The notes below the pieces were generated by a model that made no database searches, was not told the origin of the DNA, and worked only from the letters and a program-made list of their open reading frames with translations. A program made the translations under genes and the position numbers. Below are positions 1 to 9,145 of a stretch of 64,000 nucleotides of DNA, piece after piece; the first letter of the stretch is position 1, and each line of letters opens with the position of its first letter. The stretch is from an uncultured Chloroflexia bacterium (GTDB lineage Bacteria > Chloroflexota > Ktedonobacteria > Ktedonobacterales > JADMIN01). Location of the stretch: NCBI GenBank assembly GCA_963826075.1, contig CAWGVQ010000011.1, positions 54,390-118,389 of the forward strand. Direction: 5' to 3'.

Positions 1-1
1 T

Positions 2-1990
2 AGTTCACGTATCGAAACCGGCTTTGAAGCGGCCGCATTACCCAGTGGACCTGGCTCACCCATCGGACACATGGACGCAATGGGCAGTGGTCAGGACCGG
101 GGCGGTCGAAGCGGCCGGGTGCCCATGTCCGGCGGTCGTTCTTCGCAAGGCTTCCATGAGCTCGAACTGGATCGCTATACCGAGTTTCACCAGTTGACCC
201 GGGGTCTGGGCGAGGGGGTGGCCGATATCGTCACGCTGACCCACGAGATGGAATCGGTGCTGCGCGAGTGCCAGGCCTCATTCGCTCGGGAGAGTCGGCT
301 GAGCTCCGACTTTCAGGAACGGCTTCTCAAGGCGCGTTTGGTACCTTTGCAGACTCTCGTGCCGCGCCTATATCGCGCGGCACGTGGTTCAGCGCTCCGC
401 GAAGGCAAGGAAATTGAGTTCTTCGCCGATGGCACTGAGACCGAAGTTGATCGCAAGGTCTTTGAAGAGGTCGTCGGCCCACTCCTACATCTGGTGCGTA
501 ATTCCGTCAATCATGGCATTGAGCGGCCCGAAGTGCGCCAGGCGGAGGGGAAGCCAGCTGCCGGAAAGATTCTGGTCTCAGCCTCGTATGAGGGTAATCA
601 AGTGGTCATAGCTGTGCGTGATGATGGCGCTGGAATCGACACCCAGCGTATTCGCGACACGGCGGTGGCAAGAGGCTGGATCGACTCCTATTCCCAGCTG
701 TCGGAGAAGGAGGCCATCAACCTCATCTTCCAGCCCGGCATCACTACCGCTGAGTCAATCACCGAAGAGTATGGCCGCGGAGTCGGGCTTGACGTGGTGC
801 GGGACGCTGTCACTCGCCTTCGCGGCACGATAGAGGTGGAATCGGTACCTGGACAGGGTACTGTCTTCACCATGAAGTTCCCCATCAGCCTCCAAATCAC
901 TCGTGCCGTACTGGTCAAAGTAAAGAACCAGACTCTTGCCATTCCCATGGCGGTAGTGGATCAGATAGGTCGTCTCGATTACTACCAGACAGTTGCCGCG
1001 CCGGCACCGGCGATTGAGTTACGGGGGGAGCGCTTTCCTCTTGCTCATCTGGCAAGCTACCTACGCCTGCAGCCGGGCGTGGTACAGGACCGCTCATCGG
1101 TGCTCCTGGTCAATGCCGGCAACCGGAGGATGGCGCTTCTGGTAGACTCGGTACTGGTGCAGCAAGAGGTAGTGGTGAAACCCTTGGGCCCGCATCTTCG
1201 CGATGTACGGGGCGTCGCGGGAGCGGCGGTGCTTGGCAATGGCCAGGTCGTCGTGATTCTCGAGCTACATGAGCTTCTAGCTCAACAATCTCCGGATGTG
1301 GTGATTCTACCACCAGCAGCGCCGTCGGGCCCGTCTCCGCTAGATTCGGCGGGCAGGCCGGCATCCACGAGCGCGACTGCAGAAGCTGCAGCTCGCTACT
1401 CGGGGACTTCCATGGGGGCAGCAGCAGGACAGGGCACTGAGGTTGACCATCGTGCGTCCTCATATCCACAGATGGCCCCTTCGCCGGCTGCGGCAAGCAA
1501 CGCGCTTCCTGCTGACAGGTTGGCGCCGTCGGGCACAACTTTAGGGACCCCATTCGTGGTCTCCAACCATTTACCTACGCCCACTGCACCTCACCGCGTT
1601 CCCCTGGGATCTTCGGCGCCACGGTCCTATGTACTAGTAGTGGATGACAGTCCCAGCGTTCGACGAGTGGTCAGTAACATGCTGAAGGCCAACGGCTGGG
1701 AGGTTCAGACAGCGCGTGACGGGGTGGAAGCGCTCGAGATCATTGCTCGCCAGGTCCCCGCCGCGGTGCTGTTGGATATCGAGATGCCGCGGATGGATGG
1801 ATATGAATTGATGGCAACTGTGCGAAGTCAAGAACTGTACCGGCAACTGCCGCTGATCGTTCTGACCTCGCGCGCGGCGACCAAGCACCACCAGCGGGCT
1901 TTCCAGCTGGGAGCCGATGCCTACCTGGTTAAGCCGTATCAAGACGAAGAATTACTCAGCACGCTAGCCCGACTTGTAAAGGTACAGTAG
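2..1990 (+). CDS. CheA-type hybrid histidine kinase (dimerisation region, HATPase_c, CheW-like domain, long Pro/Ala/Ser linker, C-terminal receiver); 5' end outside the window
   Basis: The frame of ORF 71..1990 stays open back to nt 2, so the Hpt/N-terminal part is probably upstream. N-box HLVRNSVNHGIE, G1 DDGAGID, G2 GRGVGLDVV. CheW-like block TLAIPMAVVDQIGRL...VVVKPLG. Receiver VLVVDDSPSVRR...LLDIEMPRMDGYEL...YLVKP. Confidence 0.85.
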   Translation, partial: SSRIETGFEAAALPSGPGSPIGHMDAMGSGQDRGGRSGRVPMSGGRSSQGFHELELDRYTEFHQLTRGLGEGVADIVTLTHEMESVLRECQASFARESRLSSDFQERLLKARLVPLQTLVPRLYRAARGSALREGKEIEFFADGTETEVDRKVFEEVVGPLLHLVRNSVNHGIERPEVRQAEGKPAAGKILVSASYEGNQVVIAVRDDGAGIDTQRIRDTAVARGWIDSYSQLSEKEAINLIFQPGITTAESITEEYGRGVGLDVVRDAVTRLRGTIEVESVPGQGTVFTMKFPISLQITRAVLVKVKNQTLAIPMAVVDQIGRLDYYQTVAAPAPAIELRGERFPLAHLASYLRLQPGVVQDRSSVLLVNAGNRRMALLVDSVLVQQEVVVKPLGPHLRDVRGVAGAAVLGNGQVVVILELHELLAQQSPDVVILPPAAPSGPSPLDSAGRPASTSATAEAAARYSGTSMGAAAGQGTEVDHRASSYPQMAPSPAAASNALPADRLAPSGTTLGTPFVVSNHLPTPTAPHRVPLGSSAPRSYVLVVDDSPSVRRVVSNMLKANGWEVQTARDGVEALEIIARQVPAAVLLDIEMPRMDGYELMATVRSQELYRQLPLIVLTSRAATKHHQRAFQLGADAYLVKPYQDEELLSTLARLVKVQ

Positions 1991-2072
1991 CGGCTGCAAC
2001 GTCGGGAGCTTCCAGTGTCAGGTACCCTATCCCCGCACAGGGATAGGCTGGTAGGGAAAGCGCTAAGAGCAG

Positions 2073-2297
2073 ATGAAAATGGGTCGAGAGCGGTCGGTAT
2101 TGTGCTGGGATATCCATGCCTCTCTGCTGCGTTCGCAGATTGAACAGGCGCAGGCGGAGTTGGCCGAGATAGAAAAGGGACACGCAGTTGAAGCTGCCGG
2201 AAACCGGCTCATGGTAACTCGGCTGGCGGCAACGCTGGCTGACCTGCGTCGCCAGTTACACGATCTTGGGCCGTCTCCTCGCGCGAGAATGGGGTAG
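2073..2297 (+). CDS. Small hypothetical protein (74 aa, predicted helical/coiled-coil)
   Basis: ORF only. Heptad-like QIEQAQAELAEIEKG and LAATLADLRRQLHDL. No recognisable family. Ends 2 nt before the convergent leuB stop. Confidence 0.3.
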   Translation: MKMGRERSVLCWDIHASLLRSQIEQAQAELAEIEKGHAVEAAGNRLMVTRLAATLADLRRQLHDLGPSPRARMG

Positions 2298-2299
2298 AA

Positions 2300-3403
2300 C
2301 TACCCTTTGACGGTGAGAATTCGCGCTACTACTTCGTCGCCCATTTGGTGAGTGGTAACAGTTGTGCTACGTGGTGTGGCGATGTCCACCGTACGGAATC
2401 CTGCCTGTATGGTTGCCTGTACCGCTTCTTCAACGCAGACAGCTTCGGCGTTTAACCCCAGTGAATACCGCAGCAGCAGCGCCGCGCTGAGAATCGCGGC
2501 CAAAGGATTGGCTTTGCCTTGTCCAGTAATGTCGGGAGCCGTACCATGAATGGGCTCATAGAGTCCATACGTACCATGGGGAGTGGTACGCAACCCCAGA
2601 CTTGCGGAGGGCAGCATCCCCATGGATCCAGAGAGCATCGATGCCTCGTCGGTGAGGATGTCGCCAAACATGTTCTCAGTGACAATGACATCGAAGTCTC
2701 GTGGCTGGCGAATGAGACCCATCGCGCAGGAGTCAACCAGCATATTGCGCAGCTCCACGTCGGGGAACTCCTTGGCGACATGTTCTGCTGTACTCCTCCA
2801 TAGACGCGAACAACTCAGCACGTTGGCCTTGTCGACCGAGGTGACCAGCCGGCGTCGTCCGCGGGCGAGTTCGAAGGCGCGCCGGACTATGCGCTCGATC
2901 TCGTGCTCGCTATAGATCATGGTATCAATGGCTGTTACACCAGTATCGTCCTGTCGAATCTCGCTTGGCTTACCATAGTACAGCCCACCAGTCAGCTCTC
3001 GCACCACCAGGAGGTCCACTCCACGCAGGATGTCGCGCTTGAGCGATGATGCCGCCAGTAGCCCAGATAGGGGACGGACGGGTCGCAGATTGGCAAATAA
3101 GGCAAGCTCTTTCCGGAGGCGAAACAGCGCACTCTCTGGTTGCGCTTTGGCGTCTGGTCGACCCACCCCAACTCCACCTACCGCTCCAAAGAGCACCGCA
3201 TCGCTGCGCATGCAGAGCGCCATGGTTTCGTCGCTTATAGACTCGCCTTCCGCCTCGATCGCCGCCTGGCCCACCAGGGCTTGTGTCAGTTCCATTTCAT
3301 GCTGGAAGCGCTCGCTAATGGCCAGCAGCACTCGCTGTGCCTCGGCAACGACTTCGGGACCAATACCATCTCCAGGCAAAAGCGCGATCCGATAGTAACC
3401 CAT
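2300..3403 (-). CDS. leuB: 3-isopropylmalate dehydrogenase
   Basis: N-terminal YRIALLPGDGIGPEVV, ENMFGDILTDEASMLSGSMGMLPSASL and full-length isocitrate/isopropylmalate dehydrogenase architecture (367 aa). Confidence 0.95.
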   Translation of the reverse strand: MGYYRIALLPGDGIGPEVVAEAQRVLLAISERFQHEMELTQALVGQAAIEAEGESISDETMALCMRSDAVLFGAVGGVGVGRPDAKAQPESALFRLRKELALFANLRPVRPLSGLLAASSLKRDILRGVDLLVVRELTGGLYYGKPSEIRQDDTGVTAIDTMIYSEHEIERIVRRAFELARGRRRLVTSVDKANVLSCSRLWRSTAEHVAKEFPDVELRNMLVDSCAMGLIRQPRDFDVIVTENMFGDILTDEASMLSGSMGMLPSASLGLRTTPHGTYGLYEPIHGTAPDITGQGKANPLAAILSAALLLRYSLGLNAEAVCVEEAVQATIQAGFRTVDIATPRSTTVTTHQMGDEVVARILTVKG

Positions 3404-3437
3404 CTTGTTCTCCCGCTTGCTTATTCATTCTGAACCG

Positions 3438-3467
3438 ACTATACAAGCTAACCGATAACGCAGTCAA
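3438..3467 (-). promoter_or_regulatory. Candidate sigma70-type promoter for leuB
   Basis: On the minus strand, TTGACT (3467-3462), 18-nt spacer, TATAGT (3443-3438), about 35 nt upstream of the leuB ATG. GGGAGA Shine-Dalgarno lies between. Confidence 0.4.
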
Positions 3468-3518
3468 GCAGTGATCCACGGGCCGGTATCAGCCGAGTTC
3501 TCTAAGGTCCCACATTGC

Positions 3519-3547
3519 TTGACACGCCCGGCCCAGACTCGTATAGT
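3519..3547 (+). promoter_or_regulatory. Candidate sigma70-type promoter for the 3608 gene
   Basis: TTGACA (3519-3524), exact 17-nt spacer, TATAGT (3542-3547). GGGAGGA Shine-Dalgarno about 10 nt before ATG 3608. Confidence 0.45.
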
Positions 3548-3607
3548 ACCGGCGCACCTAGGTGTGGTTTTCAGAGTGAGACGTTACAGCTGGGAGGATC
3601 TTGACAC

Positions 3608-4393
3608 ATGCGGGACCGTGCGCGCCAGAGGGCGATGGCCGAGGCCAAGAGTCATCGAGCTACACCAGAAGAGCTACGCGACGCCGCAAAGCGAGTCAAA
3701 GAACTCGAACAGGAATTGTTAACGTCAGTCCCGCTGCAGCCAGAAACCAAGCAAGGAGAAGATCGCACCCAGCGGTATTCTCGCATTCTTCGTCTCCGTG
3801 CGCTACGAGACGATTTCACGAGTGTGCGCCCACTGGAGGCAGACCATCCCAGCGGCTTGATTCTTGCTCTGGTTATGGCGGTAGCATCCTTTATGCTCTG
3901 TGGTTTCTGCGCTGGAGGGACACTGGTTGGCCTGCAGGTGCTCAACTACAAGCCAAGCCCTATCGACACCGCAACCGCCTTCTGGGAAGCTGTCGAGCAG
4001 CGAAACTATGCCCTTATCCACGCCGACTATCTCTCACCTACTCTTCGCGTGGAGTACGATCAACTCTCAACGTTCGCGCAAATGGCCCAAGCGGCGGATA
4101 ATTACTATGGTCCGGTCACCAACTACTCACTGTCTAGCGAGCAAGGGGACTTGACTCAAACCGCCACTCTGACCTATATCGTGACGCGCGGAAACAACAA
4201 GGTCTACAAAGCCACGCTGAACCTGGTTCTCTACGCTGGCAGCTGGGGGGTCAACGACCTGGGCTCATCGCTGGATCCATCGGTAGGCGGTGCCCTACCC
4301 GCGCCGCCGTCTACACCCACTCCCTCGCCACCGCCCTCGCCTACCGCTCTTCCAGGAAGCAGCACCGCGCCAAAATTTACGCCGGTGGATTAA
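3608..4393 (+). CDS. Hypothetical membrane-anchored protein (charged N-terminus, one TM, about 110-aa extracytoplasmic domain, Pro/Ser/Thr-rich tail)
   Basis: TM segment GLILALVMAVASFMLCGFCAGGTLVGL. Ectodomain motifs QRNYALI, YYGPVT and GSW are shared with the 44191..44895 product. Tail is PAPPSTPTPSPPPSPT. Confidence 0.7.
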   Translation: MRDRARQRAMAEAKSHRATPEELRDAAKRVKELEQELLTSVPLQPETKQGEDRTQRYSRILRLRALRDDFTSVRPLEADHPSGLILALVMAVASFMLCGFCAGGTLVGLQVLNYKPSPIDTATAFWEAVEQRNYALIHADYLSPTLRVEYDQLSTFAQMAQAADNYYGPVTNYSLSSEQGDLTQTATLTYIVTRGNNKVYKATLNLVLYAGSWGVNDLGSSLDPSVGGALPAPPSTPTPSPPPSPTALPGSSTAPKFTPVD

Positions 4394-4445
4394 CCGGTTT
4401 AGCGGTGTAGATCAGGGATTCTCATTCCCCCGAGCCATGTTCCAT

Positions 4446-4465
4446 ATTAGGACTTATTAGGACTT
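4446..4465. repeat. Two-copy tandem repeat, 10 bp (ATTAGGACTT x2)
   Basis: Exact copies at 4446-4455 and 4456-4465, in the intergenic region upstream of the cation antiporter gene. Confidence 0.9.
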
Positions 4466-4569
4466 GCGCAACGCCTGTCTGCCTGGCATGATATGCGGGT
4501 GAGGGGGCGTGTGCTTCAAGTCTAAGCCTCCGGACTTTGAACAGGGGATATTAGGAGGAACTGGCACGG

Positions 4570-5910
4570 GTGAAGATAAGAACATGGCTGAATGCGCTCT
4601 TGCTATTAGTGCCAGCGACAGCGGTAGTGTGGTATTTTGCCCAGCAGAGTGCCTACTCGCGACAGATAACTGTGCTGCTGTTTGTGCTTGCGCTGGTGGC
4701 CCTGGTACCGTTAGCGTCGCTGATCGGCACATTTACCGATCGGCTGGAGGTGTACCTAGGGGATCGCGCCGGTGGGCTTATTGGGGCCTCTTTTGCCAAT
4801 GTACCTGAACTTGCCATCGGTACGGCTCTTCTCATCCACGCCCACGTCAACGCTGGCTCTCCGTCTATAGTGAGTTCCGATCTAGAAGTAGTTCGTGGAC
4901 TGTTGATCGGATCCGTCATCAACAATGTATTGTTCGTGCTTGGTTCTTCTATCTTCATTGCTGCATTGCGCAACGGCAGAATGAACTTTAGCGCTGAAAG
5001 CGCCGCCGGGTACGCTTCGATGCTGGCGCTTGCCGTGGTCGGTCTTGCTCTGCCACGGCTAGCAGTCTCACTCCTTCCCGCTGGTCATCAAGAGCATTCT
5101 ACCGAACTCGCGATCAGTGTGCCGTTTGGCATCATCCTTATGGTGAGCTATGGCTGTTACATCGCAGCTACCATCTTCAAAGTCGGCGCGCACAAGCAAA
5201 AGAAGGTACTCGAAAAAGAATTGCTCGAGGAGCTGGAGCTCCCGCAAAGTCCCGAAGGCACAATGGTGTCCGCGGTTGGGCTGGTGGCCGCCGATGCCCA
5301 GGAGGATGTTCTGGCAGGTTCCGCGGGCAGTGGAACGTACGAAACCGAGCTGCAGAGTACCATAGATCAGGTGGATCAGGAAGAAGAGGTCGAAGAGGGT
5401 CAGCGAGCTGAGCTGAGGCGAAAAAATCCCTATGGTGTCCCTATCGCGCTGGTTGGACTGGCTATCGTGACCATAGCAACGGTGATCATGGCGGTGATAT
5501 TGGTAAGCGTTACCGACAATGTCATCGTGAACACGGTGCTTACTCCCCTCTCGGTTGGATTAATCATCTTCCCTATAGTGTGTAACCTGGGCGAGCAGGC
5601 CAGCTCAGTCTTAAATGCCTGGCACAATGATATGGAAGGTGCCATGTCAGTAGCCGCTGGATCGAGCGTACAGGTGGCGCTGTTTGTTACCCCTGTCCTG
5701 GTACTGCTCAGCTTCATCCTCGCTGGTGGGAACTCGAATCTCGTTCTCACCCTAATTTTTCAGCCGCTGGAGTTGATAGTGGTTGGATTGGTGGCATTTG
5801 TGTATACCCTGGTAAGCCAGGACGGTGAAACAACCTGGTTGGAAGGTCTGCAGCTTCTGGCATTCTACGCCATGATAGTCGCGGTAGCCCTGGTACTGCC
5901 TGGTCGATAA
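4570..5910 (+). CDS. cax: Ca2+/H+ (cation/proton) antiporter, CaCA/CAX family
   Basis: Two alpha-repeat signatures (GASFANVPELAIG and PIVCNLGEQASS). About 11 TM segments split by a long acidic cytoplasmic loop (DQEEEVEEGQ). GTG start 11 nt after AGGAGG. Confidence 0.88.
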   Translation: MKIRTWLNALLLLVPATAVVWYFAQQSAYSRQITVLLFVLALVALVPLASLIGTFTDRLEVYLGDRAGGLIGASFANVPELAIGTALLIHAHVNAGSPSIVSSDLEVVRGLLIGSVINNVLFVLGSSIFIAALRNGRMNFSAESAAGYASMLALAVVGLALPRLAVSLLPAGHQEHSTELAISVPFGIILMVSYGCYIAATIFKVGAHKQKKVLEKELLEELELPQSPEGTMVSAVGLVAADAQEDVLAGSAGSGTYETELQSTIDQVDQEEEVEEGQRAELRRKNPYGVPIALVGLAIVTIATVIMAVILVSVTDNVIVNTVLTPLSVGLIIFPIVCNLGEQASSVLNAWHNDMEGAMSVAAGSSVQVALFVTPVLVLLSFILAGGNSNLVLTLIFQPLELIVVGLVAFVYTLVSQDGETTWLEGLQLLAFYAMIVAVALVLPGR

Positions 5911-5957
5911 ATGATCGGGAGAGCGACGCGGAACATTTTGCAGAGTTCTCGACAGTT

Positions 5958-7100
5958 TTACGCTGCCCGCTGCGGTGATAGTGTACGGTGCGCGACGCTT
6001 TGATACACTTCCATCAGGCCGTCCATTGCCGTGTCCCAGCTCTGCCTGGTTGCTAATCGGTAGGCCTCAGCGCCAACGCTCTGGCGTAGTTCGGGGGCAG
6101 CCACCAGCATGCTGAGAGCATGAGTAAAGCCTTTGAGGTCGCCTGGTGCTGCCAAGAAACCAGACTGTCCATGCCGAACCTGGTCACGAACGCCTTCGGC
6201 ATCAAATGCGACAACTGGCAAGTGGCTGGCCATGGCTTCGAGAACTACCTGCCCAAAGGTTTCCGTCATCGATGGAAAAGCAAATATATCGGCCGATGCA
6301 TACGCTTCAGCCAATGCCTCGCCACTCAAATATCCGGTGCAGATGGCATTATGTCCCGCCAGCGCGCGCTCAATATCGGGGCGCGCTGGGCCATCCCCAA
6401 CTACCACCAGTTGGGTAGAGGAAGTCTCGATCTTGGAGTAGGCCGAAACCAATGCCATCAAATTCTTTTCATGTGACAGCCGACCGACGTAGAGAATAAT
6501 GGTTCGGCGCTCCTCATGGCCCGACATGCGCCGTCTCCAGGCGAGGGAGCGGCGTTCCGGCGAGAAGAGTTGGGTATCGACTCCCCGCGGCCACACCTGT
6601 ACCTGAGTAAATCCCCGATTAACCAGTTCCGCTCTGGTCGACGGAGATGGGCAGAGAGTTCGGGCGCATTGATTATGCAGGTAGCGGCGATAGAACCAGG
6701 TCGGCTCCACCAGCATGCCCAGCCGAAAGTATGAACAGTAGGCCGCTAAATTTGTGTGGTAAGAAGACACTACCGGTACGCCCAGGCGCCCTCCCCAGGT
6801 GATGCCGGCCGCGCCCAGTATAACTGGCTCCACGACATGTATCACGTCCGGGTGGAACAGGGACAGACGTCCCTCAAAGACCGGTTCCGGCCACGATAGT
6901 CTGAGTTCAGGGTAAAAAGGCAGCGGTATACCGTGAGCGCCAAAGATGCGGGCGCCGGCATAGTGTCTGGGCGAGCCTTCGGGACCTATCACAACTGCCT
7001 GGTGCCCGTTGCGCTGAAGGTATTCCAGAAGCATCGCTAGTGTCCGAGTGACTCCATCCAACTTCGGCAGAAAGTTTTCGGTAACCAGCGCGACCCGCAT
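5958..7100 (-). CDS. Glycosyltransferase, GT-B fold, family 4 (group 1)
   Basis: MRVALVTENFLPKLDGVTRTL N-terminus and a C-terminal EGFGQ-type block (PSMTETFGQVVLEAMASHLPVVA). Start trimmed from 7127 to ATG 7100, which follows AAGGAGG by 6 nt. Confidence 0.85.
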   Translation of the reverse strand: MRVALVTENFLPKLDGVTRTLAMLLEYLQRNGHQAVVIGPEGSPRHYAGARIFGAHGIPLPFYPELRLSWPEPVFEGRLSLFHPDVIHVVEPVILGAAGITWGGRLGVPVVSSYHTNLAAYCSYFRLGMLVEPTWFYRRYLHNQCARTLCPSPSTRAELVNRGFTQVQVWPRGVDTQLFSPERRSLAWRRRMSGHEERRTIILYVGRLSHEKNLMALVSAYSKIETSSTQLVVVGDGPARPDIERALAGHNAICTGYLSGEALAEAYASADIFAFPSMTETFGQVVLEAMASHLPVVAFDAEGVRDQVRHGQSGFLAAPGDLKGFTHALSMLVAAPELRQSVGAEAYRLATRQSWDTAMDGLMEVYQSVAHRTLSPQRAA

Positions 7101-7323
7101 GACTTGCCTCCTTATAGGATACTCCATAGTAAGAGTGCCACGAAACGATTAAAAAAAGTATTAAGCCATGGTGAATAATAGGTTAAATCAGTACGGATTC
7201 CAAAGATTGCGTTGCTTCGGGTACCGGCTACTGATTCATTTCGGCTACATGTTCTGCTTTTGCAAGCTACCCTGTGTATACTCAAGTGTAGGCCTGGCTC
7301 CGCTGGTTAGGTAAGGAATATAT

Positions 7324-8514
7324 ATGACTTCACCCGACATATCCTCCACGCAGACCGCGACATTGCCGCTGGCTGAGCGTTATCAGGTCCGGGCACGGGT
7401 TGGGCTTGGCGGTACTGCTGTTGTATACCGGTGTGTGGATCTGCATACTGAACGCATCGTCGCTGTGAAGGTTCTACGAACCAACGGCCCATTGATTCCG
7501 GAAGCGGCGGCGCGCTTCCGGCGCGAGGCTCATCTGGCGTCAACCCTCAACCACTTTAACATTGTACGCGTGCTGGACTACGGTTATACCATTCCTTTGA
7601 CGGTTAGTCCAAACGCTTCCTGGGAGAGTGACAGTGCGCAGCCGGTGCCGTATCTCACCATGGAGTACGTCTTTGGCACAACGCTAAAAGAACTGGTGCG
7701 CCGGCTTGGACCCCTTCCACTCTCCTGGGTCTGGAAATTAGGCGAACAACTCTGTGCGGCTCTGTGGGCCGCGCATGCGCGTGGCGTGGTGCACCGTGAC
7801 GTTAAACCTCAGAACGTCATGATTGTCGACGCTAAGATGGAGCTACTCTCAAAACTGACTGACTTCGGCATTGCCCGCCAGGTTAGCGGTGACCTGACTA
7901 CTCTGACCGCAACCGGCCAGGTAATCGGAACGCCGGACTACCTGTCGCCGGAGCAGGTGCTGGGCGAACCGGGAGGACCCTCGTCGGACCTTTATGCTCT
8001 GGGCATCGTTCTGTACGAACTGGTTACCGCGCGTTTGCCGTTTGAGGCGGATACCCCACTTGCCGCTGCCTCACGCCGGATGGTGGCCGATGCTCCGCCT
8101 TTGACTGCCTATCGGCGCGATGTGCCTCGTCCGCTTCAGGAGGTAATTTTGCTGGCGCTTCAGAGAGAGCCCAGCGAGCGCTTTGCCGATATGGCCGAGT
8201 TTGCCCAAGCGCTACGGTGGAGTCGTGAGCATTCCGCGGGATTATACCCAGAGCAGCGTGGAGAGTGGGTGATTGGGCCTCGCCCGCCAAAGCCTAGAGA
8301 AGAGCGTGTTCCTGTCGACGATGCCCCCGAGCCTAATCCGCAGGTGGTTGATCCAGAGTACCAATCAACCGTGCTCCGAGTGGCTCCTATTGTCCCCCTC
8401 GACGGTGAAGTAGAGGAAACTCACCCGACCCAGGATTTCGCTTCGGACGATCCACCGGCGTCAGGCCAATATCCTGTTGATCCAGAGGAGTGGGGCGGCT
8501 TTAACGTCCCTTGA
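7324..8514 (+). CDS. Hanks-type Ser/Thr protein kinase, apparently soluble (no TM), with acidic/Pro-rich tail
   Basis: VAVKVL, HRDVKPQNVMI, DFGIA, GTPDYLSPEQ. No hydrophobic segment after the kinase domain. Confidence 0.9.
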   Translation: MTSPDISSTQTATLPLAERYQVRARVGLGGTAVVYRCVDLHTERIVAVKVLRTNGPLIPEAAARFRREAHLASTLNHFNIVRVLDYGYTIPLTVSPNASWESDSAQPVPYLTMEYVFGTTLKELVRRLGPLPLSWVWKLGEQLCAALWAAHARGVVHRDVKPQNVMIVDAKMELLSKLTDFGIARQVSGDLTTLTATGQVIGTPDYLSPEQVLGEPGGPSSDLYALGIVLYELVTARLPFEADTPLAAASRRMVADAPPLTAYRRDVPRPLQEVILLALQREPSERFADMAEFAQALRWSREHSAGLYPEQRGEWVIGPRPPKPREERVPVDDAPEPNPQVVDPEYQSTVLRVAPIVPLDGEVEETHPTQDFASDDPPASGQYPVDPEEWGGFNVP

Positions 8515-8615
8515 AAATAGGGCTATCGTGGCGGGTAAATGTGGTATGCTTCATGCTGTTTGGCAGTTAATGTAATGGATTTGCATACGAACGATAGTAA
8601 GGGGTTTGGCACGGT

Positions 8616-8945
8616 ATGAAACGTACTCAGGTTGCCGCGCTGGTTGCCGGCGCCACAGTAGGCTTGATGGGAGTGGCCATCGTTGTAGCGCTGTCACGTA
8701 AGGAAGGTCGCGACGCGGCCCAGCGTATTCTCGAGAAGTCAAAGCCGGTTGCTGATCAGGCAAAGAATCTTAGCGAGCGCGCCGCAAAATCTGCCATAGC
8801 CGGGTATCAGACGCTGGCTCCTAAGGCAACCGAGGCATTGAGCGCCGCTCGTGATAAAGCTCCGCAGGCGGTGACGACTGTTGGTTCTCGCCTGCCGAAA
8901 TTTGCGCAGAATGGTAAGCGCGAAGTGTTAGATGCGCTCCAGTAA
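8616..8945 (+). CDS. Small membrane-anchored hypothetical protein (N-terminal TM plus Ala/Lys-rich helical region, YtxH-like appearance)
   Basis: ORF with TM VAALVAGATVGLMGVAIVVAL, followed by a strong intrinsic terminator. Confidence 0.6.
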   Translation: MKRTQVAALVAGATVGLMGVAIVVALSRKEGRDAAQRILEKSKPVADQAKNLSERAAKSAIAGYQTLAPKATEALSAARDKAPQAVTTVGSRLPKFAQNGKREVLDALQ

Positions 8946-8969
8946 CTGGAGCGTAATAGGGCAAGGCAA

Positions 8970-9011
8970 GTAGAGGCAAACAACCCGGAGGGTTGTTTGC
9001 CTCTACTTTTT
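8970..9011 (+). terminator. Rho-independent terminator
   Basis: 16-17-bp perfect stem GTAGAGGCAAACAACCC / GGGTTGTTTGCCTCTAC (8970-9006) followed by TTTTT (9007-9011), 25 nt after the 8616..8945 stop. Confidence 0.8.
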
Positions 9012-9032
9012 GCTGGCTCTACTTTTTGCTGG
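9001..9032. repeat. Exact 16-bp tandem duplication (CTCTACTTTTTGCTGG x2)
   Basis: Copies at 9001-9016 and 9017-9032. The first copy contains the 3' end of the terminator stem and its T-tract. Confidence 0.9.
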
Positions 9033-9145
9033 CCAATGCTTTGGCCGACCTTGGCAGGCACAGATGTCTCGCGATTTGACGCGTCGCCAAAAGCTCTTCT
9101 AAAATGAAGTTCATAGATGTAGACTCGTCAGGAGGTAGGTTAGCC

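Noticed and set aside
4394-4569. Metal (yybP-ykoY-type) riboswitch upstream of the cation/proton antiporter.
   Set aside because: The conserved GGGGAGUAG and UUGACAUA-type elements are absent. Only a 10-bp tandem repeat and G-rich stretches are present.
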